A stretch of 64,000 bases of DNA from an uncultured Candidatus Poseidoniales archaeon (GCA_905181715.1 CAJIYT010000022.1:26466-90465), one strand, 5' to 3'; counted from the first letter of the stretch, positions 25,400 through 35,937 are shown. Program-made: numbers and translations. The notes: generated by a model from the sequence alone, not told the origin.

Positions 25400-28300
25400 C
25401 AGGGCCGTCGTCGTAAAGGCCTAACGTAACCACTTGATGTGCTACGCCGGTTTTCCTTTGAAAGTATTTCAGGAGCAGGAGGAGGCGTATGCTGATCCAT
25501 ACCCAAAACCCCTCCTTTGACTTCAACATGCTCAACCTCGTAAACTTCAGCAGCCTCACCTGCTTCTGACTCTAAATCAGTAGGAGTACGCATTACCGCC
25601 CATCCTAGAATTAATACAGATACGAGGAGGAGGATTACCATCAAAGAATCGCTTCCCGCCTCTCCAGCCCATGCCTTCCATTCATCCATAGAGAATTCTG
25701 AAAAAGATGGATCTGCATTAACCTCTGATTTTATTTCGATACTGAAATCCTTACTGACACAGATGCCTAAACCATCACAAACTTGGATTCTAGCTAATTG
25801 ATAACCAGATTTATTGAATATCGAGGCGATTTTTACTCCGCCTTCACTATTTGGAATAATCCAATCATTCTCGCTATCACCATCGCCATCATCATCATAA
25901 AGCAGGTCTAAATCCCATTTTACAGAAAGAATAGAGGAGATTCGAACATCTTTGTTAGTTATGTCGCCATCTTCGACATTGGTATCACGCCATATGATTC
26001 GTTGCTCATCCGTCTCTAAATCTGTGATGTTTGCATTGAAAATTGTGGTTTCATTGACATTAATGTTCAGCGGATAATCCAAACTATTGACCACTGGTGC
26101 TTCGTTTATTACGATTTCAAAACTCGCACGGGTCACATCCCCTGTCAGATAAGAATCACGTACGATTAGAGTGATGGTATAATTACCTGGCAATTCATAA
26201 TGATGCCAAGGCATAGGATCATGATCAACCGGAGTTGCATCACCGAAATCCCAGGTATATTCTACCAAACCATTCCAATTGGAATTTTCCATTTCAAGAG
26301 GTAAAAATCTACCATCGAACTTATCGTCTCCATCTCTAGTTCCAGTCGAATCAAAATAAAGCATTGTTCCGATTGCCGCATAGGTGCGGCCTTCGGGGTC
26401 AAATGTATGAGACCATGAATCAACTACTGTCCCTACGGGCATAGGAGTATATTTGTCAATAATTTCATCATCTATCCATCCTTCGAGTATTCTCAACTCA
26501 ATTAGTGGCAAAGGATTGACGACAATTATCGAAACATTGCGCTCTTCACTAAGATCGCCAACTTCATCGGTAACTATCAATCTAGCCCAATGTTGCCCCG
26601 GTTCACTGAAATTATGACTTACCTGAGCCTTATCGGAAGTGCTACCATCTGTAAATAGCCAGTCAAAAGTAAGGATGCTTGAGTCTGGAAGACTTCCATC
26701 TGGGTCATAGCTATCACGGCCATCGAAGGTATATGCAGTGCCTACTCTGCCATCACTTACACGGAAATCGATTTCCGGAGTTGCACTATTTGTAGAATCT
26801 CTTACGCTGAAATCTGCAGTTGGGCGTTGATTTATCACCATCACCTGCAATTGGCGTGTACTTCGATCACCATCATTGTCTATAGCAGTAACTGTAATGT
26901 TTTTCAGACCATGAGAATTCCATGCTGGCGAGGGGTTACTTTCGCTAGAAACAGTTGAAATGAAGAGGTCGGTTCGATCTACATTCTCTCCAGCAAGATT
27001 AACCGGCTCACTAAAAACCCATTCCCAAGCGATAATCTGACCATCGACATCATCAAAGGTATCGGCCATAGTGAGTGGAGTGTAAGTTAAGGTTGTCAGA
27101 TCACCAGTGTAAACTAGTTCTGGAGGTCGATTCTGAATGTAAATTAGCAACTCCTTATAGCCAACATTAGTTCCATCAGAAACACTCAGATTCAACACAT
27201 ATGCCGTAACATTGGTATCACCATCAGCCCACATATGAATCGCTTGATATATGCCCAAACCACTTGTTATCTCACCATCACCCCAATCCCAACTAAAGTG
27301 AAGCATGTCATCAGGAACATTGTCACTCGTTGCTATTGCATCGAATTGGATGGTTTGACCAGTTAAGAGATACAACTCTGTATCATATATCACACCATTG
27401 ACCCTAATGATCGGCACAGGAATGATGTCGTCAGTGATATTGATTGTGAAATTCTGAATATCAGACCAATCACCTCCTCCGTCCTGCACTCTCAATGTGA
27501 CATTGTACTGACCGAGGTCCGGGAATGAACGTACAGGACTATGCAGCCCAGAGTCATTACCATCATCGAAATCCCATAAGTAAGCGACTGGAGACTCATT
27601 GTATGGCAAGGTGTTATTGGCCAAAGAAAGACCCCATCTGTCGACACCCCCTCCTAAGAATTGGATATTCTCCCAGTTGCGGACATCAGTGTCGGTAACA
27701 CTACCATTTGCAGTCGGCCTCATATTTGCAATCGCCGTAAGAGGAGTGGATTTACTATCGATTTGATTGCCTTGCAAATCCTTTATTTTAACCTCGAAAA
27801 GATAGTTATCAGTCTTGTCGGCAGTAAACCAAATCGCTGAAGAGGTAGGTGAACTCCCTCCTGCTTGAACCCTCTGAGTGATAGTGTCGACAACCGCATT
27901 AGTGCTATCGCTAACCACAACTTCAACATCTAATAATTCAAGGAAGGCATTAGAATCAACTTCAAAACCAATTCTGACAGTATCATCGAAAGTATCACCA
28001 TCACGATCAGTTAATTCGATTATTGAATCGAGGCTAAGAGAAGCCGGGTCTACGATTCTTGCAACTTCGATATCAACTGTTGCTACAGGGTAGTAGCCAC
28101 CTCTCTTCAACACATCACCAACAAGTACGTCTGTAACAGTGTTATCTTCAAAAGTTATTTTTTGGCCTCCTGTGGCCAGATTATTAATCAGTTCAATCTT
28201 ACCTATATGAGAATCTGTGCTTGTAAAAGCGTGATCACCAACACTGAATTGACTAGCGGACGAAGTCCACAATTCTTTGGTGCTTCCAGCAGGGAAATCC

Positions 28301-29835
28301 CCACCAAGTGAAGGATTATCGGTATTCTCGATTACTGTTGTAGTTGTAGAAACGCCAGGCCAAAAACCACAATTCTTGTAATTACAATCCCCGAAATTTG
28401 GAACGTCGAGCCAGGTTATGACGTGTACTTCATCGACATCACCACCAAAACCACTTACCATTCCGGTGCCGATACCATTTGTAAAAGAGATATCATTTAC
28501 AGTATATTGACCATCGGCTGAAGATCGAGATACCGTAATACCTTGGAAGCCATCTACTGAACCAGTCAAACGCAAAGTCAAGGGAACCGCACTTGTACCG
28601 CCTGGTTCGAGTTTGAAGACCCTCAAGCCCCAACCTTCAGTCTCATGACCCGTTGATACCCAAGAGTTGGAATCCCAATTGGAGTTTGTATCTGCTGGTT
28701 GAACTCGGCAAAACGCATTGCTCGAGCAAACCGGAGTGAGATCGATATTTGACATGCCATATATCGACTGATCGCTATCTAATGTTGCTGCTATTGAGAA
28801 GTTTTTCCATATACTATTGAAATCATCTCCGATGTATCCTGAAGGCACACCTATCGGATTGAGACCAAGGTTTTCCACACCTCTCCATCCAGTGGAAGAG
28901 TCAGATACAAGATTACGTATTGCAGCACCTCCGCCTAATTGATCTGCAAGATAGAGCATGAAAAGGAAGCCAGCGCCATAATCAGCAGTATCCAATGACT
29001 GGTCCCACCAACGTACGGACTCTGAAGATCTTTGACTCCAAGCATTAACGTGCCCATATAGTGTTGAAGAGCCACCAAAGCACAAGAATGCAGCCATATC
29101 TGCTGCTCCTTCATCAACCCAATTATTTTCATTAGGGTCTAATGCATTATGCAATAAATGTTGCAACTCATGAGCTAAGATAACTTTCGACCATGGTAAT
29201 GAAGCATCGGAATAATCGACAAACACAGATTCACCAAAGGTCGAAGACGAAAAGAAGCCGCCGGTGCCGAATGCACCATCGATTTCGATGATGACGACTT
29301 CGATTTGGCAATTGTTATCTGTATCTGGGGGAGAAAGACCATTTCCATCGTTGTAATCTTTACCGAAATAAGTCATCAATACTGGCTCGATGGTTTGATC
29401 CCATGTTGTCGCCCAATCATTTAGCACCGAGGCTTGCAATACGTAGCCGTCTTCGACCATGAAAGCCGCGGTCGGAGTCACTTTCTGAACAGTTAGAGCT
29501 TTTGTCGAACCCGATACAGACATCGTAGTTGTGTCGCTTATTGCCCATGGAGTGCATGCACGACCTGAAGTACGAACATTGATCACTGGCTGAGAGAATC
29601 CCGAAGATGCAAATTCTTCACTCATATGTCTTGTTGCAGAAAAGACTGGCTGCTCTGCATTAGGCATTAGATATTGACGTGCTTTACTAAGATCATTAGT
29701 AGCCGGGTTTCCGATTACAGAAACGATTTCTCCAGTCAATTCTTGTTGACCATCTGCTGAGACCAAAGGTGCTGCAGCAGAGACCAACATAAGCAAGGAG
29801 AATAGAAGCGGTGCTGTGTATCGATTATTTGACAT
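25399..29835 (-). CDS. Giant exported zinc metalloprotease-like surface protein with multiple PKD domains and C-terminal membrane anchor
   Basis: Signal peptide; HELQHLLH...E gluzincin-type motif about 215 aa from the N-terminus; at least three PKD-like repeats (WDFDDGNDS...YNVTLRVQDGGGD, FDWLFTDGS...RLIVTDEVGD, YTWDFGDATP...YTITLIVRDS); C-terminal TM helix; 1478 aa. Confidence 0.6.
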   Translation of the reverse strand: MSNNRYTAPLLFSLLMLVSAAAPLVSADGQQELTGEIVSVIGNPATNDLSKARQYLMPNAEQPVFSATRHMSEEFASSGFSQPVINVRTSGRACTPWAISDTTTMSVSGSTKALTVQKVTPTAAFMVEDGYVLQASVLNDWATTWDQTIEPVLMTYFGKDYNDGNGLSPPDTDNNCQIEVVIIEIDGAFGTGGFFSSSTFGESVFVDYSDASLPWSKVILAHELQHLLHNALDPNENNWVDEGAADMAAFLCFGGSSTLYGHVNAWSQRSSESVRWWDQSLDTADYGAGFLFMLYLADQLGGGAAIRNLVSDSSTGWRGVENLGLNPIGVPSGYIGDDFNSIWKNFSIAATLDSDQSIYGMSNIDLTPVCSSNAFCRVQPADTNSNWDSNSWVSTGHETEGWGLRVFKLEPGGTSAVPLTLRLTGSVDGFQGITVSRSSADGQYTVNDISFTNGIGTGMVSGFGGDVDEVHVITWLDVPNFGDCNYKNCGFWPGVSTTTTVIENTDNPSLGGDFPAGSTKELWTSSASQFSVGDHAFTSTDSHIGKIELINNLATGGQKITFEDNTVTDVLVGDVLKRGGYYPVATVDIEVARIVDPASLSLDSIIELTDRDGDTFDDTVRIGFEVDSNAFLELLDVEVVVSDSTNAVVDTITQRVQAGGSSPTSSAIWFTADKTDNYLFEVKIKDLQGNQIDSKSTPLTAIANMRPTANGSVTDTDVRNWENIQFLGGGVDRWGLSLANNTLPYNESPVAYLWDFDDGNDSGLHSPVRSFPDLGQYNVTLRVQDGGGDWSDIQNFTINITDDIIPVPIIRVNGVIYDTELYLLTGQTIQFDAIATSDNVPDDMLHFSWDWGDGEITSGLGIYQAIHMWADGDTNVTAYVLNLSVSDGTNVGYKELLIYIQNRPPELVYTGDLTTLTYTPLTMADTFDDVDGQIIAWEWVFSEPVNLAGENVDRTDLFISTVSSESNPSPAWNSHGLKNITVTAIDNDGDRSTRQLQVMVINQRPTADFSVRDSTNSATPEIDFRVSDGRVGTAYTFDGRDSYDPDGSLPDSSILTFDWLFTDGSTSDKAQVSHNFSEPGQHWARLIVTDEVGDLSEERNVSIIVVNPLPLIELRILEGWIDDEIIDKYTPMPVGTVVDSWSHTFDPEGRTYAAIGTMLYFDSTGTRDGDDKFDGRFLPLEMENSNWNGLVEYTWDFGDATPVDHDPMPWHHYELPGNYTITLIVRDSYLTGDVTRASFEIVINEAPVVNSLDYPLNINVNETTIFNANITDLETDEQRIIWRDTNVEDGDITNKDVRISSILSVKWDLDLLYDDDGDGDSENDWIIPNSEGGVKIASIFNKSGYQLARIQVCDGLGICVSKDFSIEIKSEVNADPSFSEFSMDEWKAWAGEAGSDSLMVILLLVSVLILGWAVMRTPTDLESEAGEAAEVYEVEHVEVKGGVLGMDQHTPPPAPEILSKENRRSTSSGYVRPLRRRP

Positions 29836-29890
29836 CGTGACATCTCCTCTTTGGCAGTTAACCCACCAGAACTAACCTGATGAAATGAGG

Positions 29891-29898
29891 TATTTAAG
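29891..29898 (+). promoter_or_regulatory. TATA-box-like element (TATTTAAG) upstream of the M28 peptidase gene
   Basis: About 27 nt upstream of the ATG at 29922. Confidence 0.25.
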
Positions 29899-29921
29899 AC
29901 TCGGCGATGGTGGCGTCATCT

Positions 29922-31118
29922 ATGATGAGGCGGGTGCTTACGGCTATCGCCCTTATTCTCATATTACCAATCGCTTCATCAGATGGTGAAATTCACACCA
30001 CTAATGGCATTATCACTCATGATATCTTGTGTTCACAGATAGATGAACTGCAATTTGATGGCGAACGGGCGAACCAAAGCGTAGCCTACCAAGTTGGACT
30101 CGGACCAAGAATACCACAGAGTAATGCAAGTTCAATATTGAGAACTTCGATTTCTGAAAACCTCACCGGCTGGCAGGTACAAAACCAAAGTCATCAATTA
30201 GATGGACTTGAAATCGTAAATCTAGAAGCAACTCTCAATGCCGGCGCAGGGAAGATCGTGGTACTGATGGCTCATTATGATACCAGACAGGTCTCTGACC
30301 AAGAAGAGGATTCTAATCTATCTATACTCCCGGTGCCTGGCGCAAATGATGGAGCGAGTGGAGTAGCCGTATTATTGGAACTAGCTCGTCACATTCCTGC
30401 CATGAATCTCTCACATGAGATAAGATTAGTATTTACTGATGTAGAAGATCAAGGCGATATTGCTTCTGGCGGGGTATCCATTCCATGGGCTAGCGGATCC
30501 CGCTTGTGGACTGAGAATCTGACCGTAGGTGAAATAGAAAATATTTCCTCGCTTATCGTGGTAGACATGGTTGGCGATAGTAACCTCACATTAACCCGCA
30601 CATCACCCGGAAATGAGACGATGTGGCAAGCCGTTGAAATGCTCTCAGCATCCTTGGGAATGGTCGCTGATAAAGAGGATTGCAATGGAGATAATGGTAG
30701 TGGCCAGATGGACACAAGTACCACCATCGGGATTTTGGATGACCACACTTATCCTATATCAGTCGGAATTCCGGCGATTGACATTATTGATGTCAAATAT
30801 GGCAGCGATGAGGTCTTAGCAGGTCATTGGCACACACAAAACGATAGTATCGATAAGGTATCAGCCCAGAGTCTTCAATCTGTTGGTCATCTGGTAGAAT
30901 TGGGTTTGCGGGCGCAGGTATGGAGCGGGATATCAGAGCCACCATCGCATGAGATAGAAGAAGAGCAGAAATTGATTACTGATGATATTGCTGAAATCGA
31001 GGCCAAATCTCTTGATATGGAGTCGGCTGTAGTTGGTTCACTGATTATTTTCATGTTATTCGCTACAATTGCTGCTGTAGCGTCTGTGATATTCGCGGAG
31101 AGTGAAGGTGAACTGTGA
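29922..31118 (+). CDS. M28-family exported aminopeptidase-like protein with C-terminal TM anchor
   Basis: Metal-ligand context VVLMAHYDT, PGANDGASGVAVLLELAR and HTQND; signal peptide MMRRVLTAIALILILPIASS. Start set to 29922 so that the TATA-like tatttaag lies about 27 nt upstream. Confidence 0.6.
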   Translation: MMRRVLTAIALILILPIASSDGEIHTTNGIITHDILCSQIDELQFDGERANQSVAYQVGLGPRIPQSNASSILRTSISENLTGWQVQNQSHQLDGLEIVNLEATLNAGAGKIVVLMAHYDTRQVSDQEEDSNLSILPVPGANDGASGVAVLLELARHIPAMNLSHEIRLVFTDVEDQGDIASGGVSIPWASGSRLWTENLTVGEIENISSLIVVDMVGDSNLTLTRTSPGNETMWQAVEMLSASLGMVADKEDCNGDNGSGQMDTSTTIGILDDHTYPISVGIPAIDIIDVKYGSDEVLAGHWHTQNDSIDKVSAQSLQSVGHLVELGLRAQVWSGISEPPSHEIEEEQKLITDDIAEIEAKSLDMESAVVGSLIIFMLFATIAAVASVIFAESEGEL

Positions 31119-31160
31119 AATCCGCGCACGTTATCAGCGGCATTAAGCGGAGGGGTTTGA

Positions 31161-32027
31161 TTGACAGATGACAAGAGCAACAAGCTCGCAGCACTTCGTG
31201 AAAGAGTACGTGCTAAAGTCGCTGACTCGAGACTAAAGTCGATGCGGAGAGAAAAAGCATTGGAAGAGGAAAATGATGGTGATGATGATGTCATCGAAAT
31301 CATGGTCGAACCGAGAAAACTACTGCATACAAATCTCGATTTCGAGGTTGATGAAACATATCATCTGCGAAAAATCGCATCAACTTTAATCCTGATTGGC
31401 AGTATATTGGGTATGGTCACAGGGGGCCTGATCTTACAAGGAAACCCTTCTGACCTACTAACTTCACCACTTTTTAGCAACTCTGAATCGGTTGATGTGC
31501 ATGGTTTTATTATAGATGAATCAGGTGAATTCGTAATCAATGCTACAATCCAATTGATTGAGCTATCGGATGATGCTGTCATTCAAGAAACTATGTCGGA
31601 TGAGAATGGTAGATTCTTGTTAGATGGAGTAATAGTCAAGAGGTCATTGATCAGAGTTTCAAAAGAAGGACATATTACAGTTGAAAGAACATTTGTTCCA
31701 CAAGAGATAGGTGTTGATGCTATCACTTTGAATTCTGGCGAGGGCATTAGGGAAGAAGATGACGACTCCCTCACTCAAGGATGGTCTTTAGAAGCTGCTG
31801 TGTCATTATCAACCATAATTGGTTTGTTCACACTCGGCACATCATTAATCGGGGTTCATGCCTCTATAGAAGCAGTTAGAGGGAAAAGATACCGCCGCAC
31901 TCAATACCTGGCCGGAATCGGGATTTTCAGTAGAGGATTAATCGTCTTCGGACCAATACTAATTCTGTGTGGCATGGGACTGCTTATCCTCTCAAGAGAT
32001 GGATTTGATGATCGGATGGATAATTGA
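31161..32027 (+). CDS. Membrane protein with carboxypeptidase-regulatory-like (CarbopepD_reg) beta-sandwich domain
   Basis: VDVHGFIIDESGEFVINATIQL...ETMSDENGRFLLDGV pattern flanked by TM helices. Confidence 0.4.
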   Translation: MTDDKSNKLAALRERVRAKVADSRLKSMRREKALEEENDGDDDVIEIMVEPRKLLHTNLDFEVDETYHLRKIASTLILIGSILGMVTGGLILQGNPSDLLTSPLFSNSESVDVHGFIIDESGEFVINATIQLIELSDDAVIQETMSDENGRFLLDGVIVKRSLIRVSKEGHITVERTFVPQEIGVDAITLNSGEGIREEDDDSLTQGWSLEAAVSLSTIIGLFTLGTSLIGVHASIEAVRGKRYRRTQYLAGIGIFSRGLIVFGPILILCGMGLLILSRDGFDDRMDN

Positions 32028-33376
32028 TGTATTTGATTTCAGTCGAAGGAGGGGACGGCTCGGGTAAAGGTGAGGCGGTAAGGCTACTCTCCGAGATTGC
32101 AGCCACATTCCCCTTTCCTAAAGTTCACGTCACTCATGAACCAAGAAGGCATAGCAAATTAGGAAAAATAGCCCTGGCGGCGGTGAAAAAAGAGAGCCTC
32201 AGCCCATTGAGAGAAGCTGGCCTCTTCGCCGCTGATCGCGTCGACCATTCACATACTTGGATCAGACCTAAATTGCAATGTGGTGAATTGGTCATCTCAG
32301 ATCGTAATGTCCATTCCTCACTGGTCTACCAAGGAATTGTTGGAAGTTTGGGGGTGGAATGTGTTGCGCAAATGAATTCGGCTGCAATGCGTCCTGATTT
32401 GGTGATTTGGATTGATTGCGACCCGAAAAAGGCTATGAAAAGAATAGAAACGGGAACCCTGAGGATCGCCGGAAGTGGTAAGCAGGAGTACTTTGAAACC
32501 ACCGAGTTACAAACCAAAATCAGAAAGGGATTCAGTGATATGTTTACTGGAAAAATCTCAATCCCACAACCATTCCATAAATGCTGTGTTGTCGGACCAA
32601 TACTCAATGAAGGTGGATTGGGTGAATTGGAACGTCAGTTGACAGAAACACTACGTGAGTTCATGAATCGCAGACCAGACCCCTTGAATTGCATTTCTGC
32701 CGATGTAGATATACACTTACTTACGAGGTTAGCACAAGGTGTCCAAGCCCAAATGCGATTACCTGGTGGACCACCAACCAATAGTTCACTATTGGAAAAT
32801 TGGCTCGGAGGAAAGGCTCCTGCACAATTAATGCAACAGGCAGAAGACGAATGGCCTACCGAAAGCGCAATGCGAGCAGACGTGCCAACGAATGTCCTTT
32901 CACGTTCTTCTTGGGCAGTTATCGGTACCCTCTCTCTAATGGATACCACAGATGTACCTACGCTGCATCAAAAACTTGGGCCGGTGCGCATGGTAACAAA
33001 ACGTCATACTCAACGCTTGATTAAATGGATGGAATCCGAAGGTTGGATTCACAAGCAGCAAAATCATATCCCGTTTAGGGAAGCACAGTTATTCAAATTG
33101 AAGAATAATCGCACAGGATATGCCAGATTGTCGTTAGTGATGTGGCCACTGCGTGCGGCATTGTCTTCGTGGCGGCGAAGTAACCCCAAAGGAGAGTGGG
33201 TAGACGCTTTGAAGGAGATCCTAGGAGAAAATTCCACCATGAGTAGCAAAGGTATCAATCAAGCGATTTCTTCAATAATATCACGCTTAGAGTTGATTTC
33301 CTCTGGTCACAAAGATTGTCCTTGCCCTAGCGACATTACAGAACTCATAGCTTGGTGGTCAACTCCACCGCCATGA
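32027..33376 (+). CDS. tmk: Thymidylate kinase-like N-terminal domain fused to a ~250-aa uncharacterised C-terminal extension
   Basis: P-loop ISVEGGDGSGKG, DR(x)...S...YQG motif (AADRVDH, DRNVHSSLVYQG) and LID-like region. The ATG at 32027 overlaps the upstream stop (TGATG); the 32024 start in the ORF track is a TTG. Confidence 0.55.
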   Translation: MYLISVEGGDGSGKGEAVRLLSEIAATFPFPKVHVTHEPRRHSKLGKIALAAVKKESLSPLREAGLFAADRVDHSHTWIRPKLQCGELVISDRNVHSSLVYQGIVGSLGVECVAQMNSAAMRPDLVIWIDCDPKKAMKRIETGTLRIAGSGKQEYFETTELQTKIRKGFSDMFTGKISIPQPFHKCCVVGPILNEGGLGELERQLTETLREFMNRRPDPLNCISADVDIHLLTRLAQGVQAQMRLPGGPPTNSSLLENWLGGKAPAQLMQQAEDEWPTESAMRADVPTNVLSRSSWAVIGTLSLMDTTDVPTLHQKLGPVRMVTKRHTQRLIKWMESEGWIHKQQNHIPFREAQLFKLKNNRTGYARLSLVMWPLRAALSSWRRSNPKGEWVDALKEILGENSTMSSKGINQAISSIISRLELISSGHKDCPCPSDITELIAWWSTPPP

Positions 33377-34126
33377 TTATTCTTGCTCGGTTAGTGGAAT
33401 TGTAAATCTAGCAGTTGAGGGTAAAAGAACCCTAGATGCATCATTATTGAAGAAAGATGGTCTAGATGAGAAAGATGCAGCAAGATAGAGAGAAATCAAA
33501 GTACCAAATGGTATGCCTGTCATTATTCTTACAAGGTTTGTAGATTCATATGAGGTTATCATTTGAGTAAAACCATCGATTGCAAGAGGTATTACTGTAA
33601 TCGCAGCAAGTAATAATACCGCCTTGGTACGCAAATTATTGCGATAGACAGATTCCAAACCGTTATCTGAGAAGATTGATAGCATTGTATCCCTTACAGT
33701 CCATCTATTCAATCCCCTACGGCTAAAGATAAAACCACCAAGCGCTAATCCAAAGAAAATACCTATATCCCTAGTGCAAACCGGCATCTGATTGCCGTTT
33801 ACCTGCCATGAACGCTCATATTTTTGATGACAATTCAAATCTCCAAAAGCATAAATGGAGGCTGAAAAAGGATCTAATTCAGACCATGCAAAGAGGCCTT
33901 CTGAAGGTTGATCATGGCCCATTTCACCTGTGTGCATATTATTACCCCAACTCGTAGTAGTCGAATAGTCGATTGTATTTGCTCTCCCAGAAAGCTTGGG
34001 AACTGAGGACTCGGGTAACATGTAAGGTACTAGGAAGAAAGAAAGAAGGAAGAAGAGACTTACGCCGCATACCCACATTCCGATTCGCCTTTCGCGATAA
34101 CGGCCGCCAAGTCCATTCCTTTCCAT
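33377..34126 (-). CDS. Polytopic membrane protein with conserved Cys pairs (DUF2085-like)
   Basis: Several TM helices; CHQKYERS...CTRDIG motif. Confidence 0.35.
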   Translation of the reverse strand: MERNGLGGRYRERRIGMWVCGVSLFFLLSFFLVPYMLPESSVPKLSGRANTIDYSTTTSWGNNMHTGEMGHDQPSEGLFAWSELDPFSASIYAFGDLNCHQKYERSWQVNGNQMPVCTRDIGIFFGLALGGFIFSRRGLNRWTVRDTMLSIFSDNGLESVYRNNLRTKAVLLLAAITVIPLAIDGFTQMITSYESTNLVRIMTGIPFGTLISLYLAASFSSRPSFFNNDASRVLLPSTARFTIPLTEQE

Positions 34127-34174
34127 ACAACGACGTGTGGTATTAATGACATATGCTTTGCCCTAGTGTAATTC

Positions 34175-34867
34175 ATGGCAGAAAGGGTTGGTTGGACTCG
34201 CGGCTCTTCTGCTGCTGCGGTTCTAGGACTCTACTGCGGATTCATGGTTGCTGTTGCTGTTGCCGTAATTTATCCCGAAGACCCTTTGCGTTCAGCTGCA
34301 AAAGCGTGGGGAATTACCATGATTGTCTCTATCATTACCTTGACGCCCTTTTTATCTAGAGGGCGTAAGCGAGGTCGGCCAGAAACTCTGTTGATCCTCG
34401 AAAATGTCAGAGATGATTTGCAGGTTTTTAATGAAGGGGTAAATCGATGGCGTGCATTATCTCATATCCGCAGGGAGGGTACTGGAGTATCGATAAAAAT
34501 ACTCGACTCCTCGAAACCGATGGCTATCGTTAAACAAGCAATTACTCATGCCAACATATGTAGTATCCAATTCAGAATCAAACCCCGGGAAGATGCGGAG
34601 TTACGGAGCGCTATCATCTCCTACCTAGTCAAAGAACTTGGGGCGTCACGAGTATCAAAGAAGAATAATTCAATTACACTAATGCAACCTCTAATAATGG
34701 ACAGAGCTACAATTATCACCCGCTCGATGATGATGATTCCTCCTCTAATGCTGATGGGGATAATGGCCTTTGATTCATTTTCCCCAGGTAACCTTGTCGC
34801 TAGAATAAGTGGTGGAATCGCGGGTATGTTTCTAGGCATAATGATAATCACCAATCGCGGTCGCTGA
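34175..34867 (+). CDS. Hypothetical membrane protein
   Basis: TM helices at both ends with a soluble middle; no motif. Confidence 0.35.
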   Translation: MAERVGWTRGSSAAAVLGLYCGFMVAVAVAVIYPEDPLRSAAKAWGITMIVSIITLTPFLSRGRKRGRPETLLILENVRDDLQVFNEGVNRWRALSHIRREGTGVSIKILDSSKPMAIVKQAITHANICSIQFRIKPREDAELRSAIISYLVKELGASRVSKKNNSITLMQPLIMDRATIITRSMMMIPPLMLMGIMAFDSFSPGNLVARISGGIAGMFLGIMIITNRGR

Positions 34868-34919
34868 AGAACGAAATCAATACACACCCTTACAAATAAC
34901 GTCGCACAACGATGAGGCG

Positions 34920-35891
34920 ATGGCGGACATTGAAAACCTCATCATGCGTCTCCGTTCTGCGGGAATCGACTTCACTGAAGAGATTGCAGAAGCGATGCTC
35001 AACACACCTATCGAGGTCTTTTCCGACCATGATCACCGTGCTTTTTATCACGATAGGCCGCTGGTTTTTCTCGAGACCGAGGATGGTGGTGTCAAAACCA
35101 TCTCAGCCCCACACATGATAGTCACCCTCCTACACCACTTGGAGATTAGAGAGAAGCAAGAAATAGTCCTCCTCGGCGCTAAAGGAGGCTACTTAGCCAC
35201 ACTAATTGCCCACATCGTCGGCCCGAAAGGGAAAGTGGTTATCGTCGACCCCTCTGCAGAGGTTATCGAATATGTCAATTCACGTCTCGACGAATCGGTT
35301 TGTATTACCTGCACGCATATGGAATCGGTTGACAAAAAGCCAAAAGGTTTGCCCAAAGCGATGCATCGCGTACTTGTTACTGGTCAGATAGAAGCACTAC
35401 CAGAATGGTTATCTGAAAATCTGGTAGAAGGTGGTTTTGCCATCGCTCCAATCGGTGAGAGAGAATTTCAAAACCTGATGAAGTTTGAACGACAAGGAGA
35501 TGAGATAATGGAAACTGGATTGGGTCAAGTGATTTTTGGCCCTGTCGATATCAAAGAATCGATACCAGAAACACCATCGCCAGAGGAATTTGCCTCCATG
35601 ATTGAAGATGCAATGGAAGCACTGGACAATCTCGAGATGATCGAACCTGAAACCAAAAATGAATTGCATGATTTAATCGCTGATCTACGCCTGCTACCCG
35701 ATGATTTAGCACCACCACAACATGGAGAAGAGGATGAAGAACATCCAATGATTCGTCTATTACTGGATAAAGGGGGTCTGCTAATGACCCTCTGGCCCTT
35801 GATTCAATTGATGTCAGACAATCGATTAGCTCATCCTGCATCACCTGGTGCTGATTTGATGCGCAGTGGTCATGAGGACATGGTTCCATAG
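34920..35891 (+). CDS. Protein-L-isoaspartate O-methyltransferase (PIMT)-like protein with degenerate SAM motif and acidic C-terminal extension
   Basis: N-terminal region matches the PIMT pattern (AMLNTPIEVF...AFYHDRPLVF...GVKTISAPHMIV...LLHHLEI), but motif I reads VLLGAKGGYLA instead of VLEIGTGSGY. Confidence 0.5.
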   Translation: MADIENLIMRLRSAGIDFTEEIAEAMLNTPIEVFSDHDHRAFYHDRPLVFLETEDGGVKTISAPHMIVTLLHHLEIREKQEIVLLGAKGGYLATLIAHIVGPKGKVVIVDPSAEVIEYVNSRLDESVCITCTHMESVDKKPKGLPKAMHRVLVTGQIEALPEWLSENLVEGGFAIAPIGEREFQNLMKFERQGDEIMETGLGQVIFGPVDIKESIPETPSPEEFASMIEDAMEALDNLEMIEPETKNELHDLIADLRLLPDDLAPPQHGEEDEEHPMIRLLLDKGGLLMTLWPLIQLMSDNRLAHPASPGADLMRSGHEDMVP

Positions 35892-35937
35892 CGAAATTCA
35901 ATCGAACAACCTATCAGCCGTCTGCGATAGACAAGAC

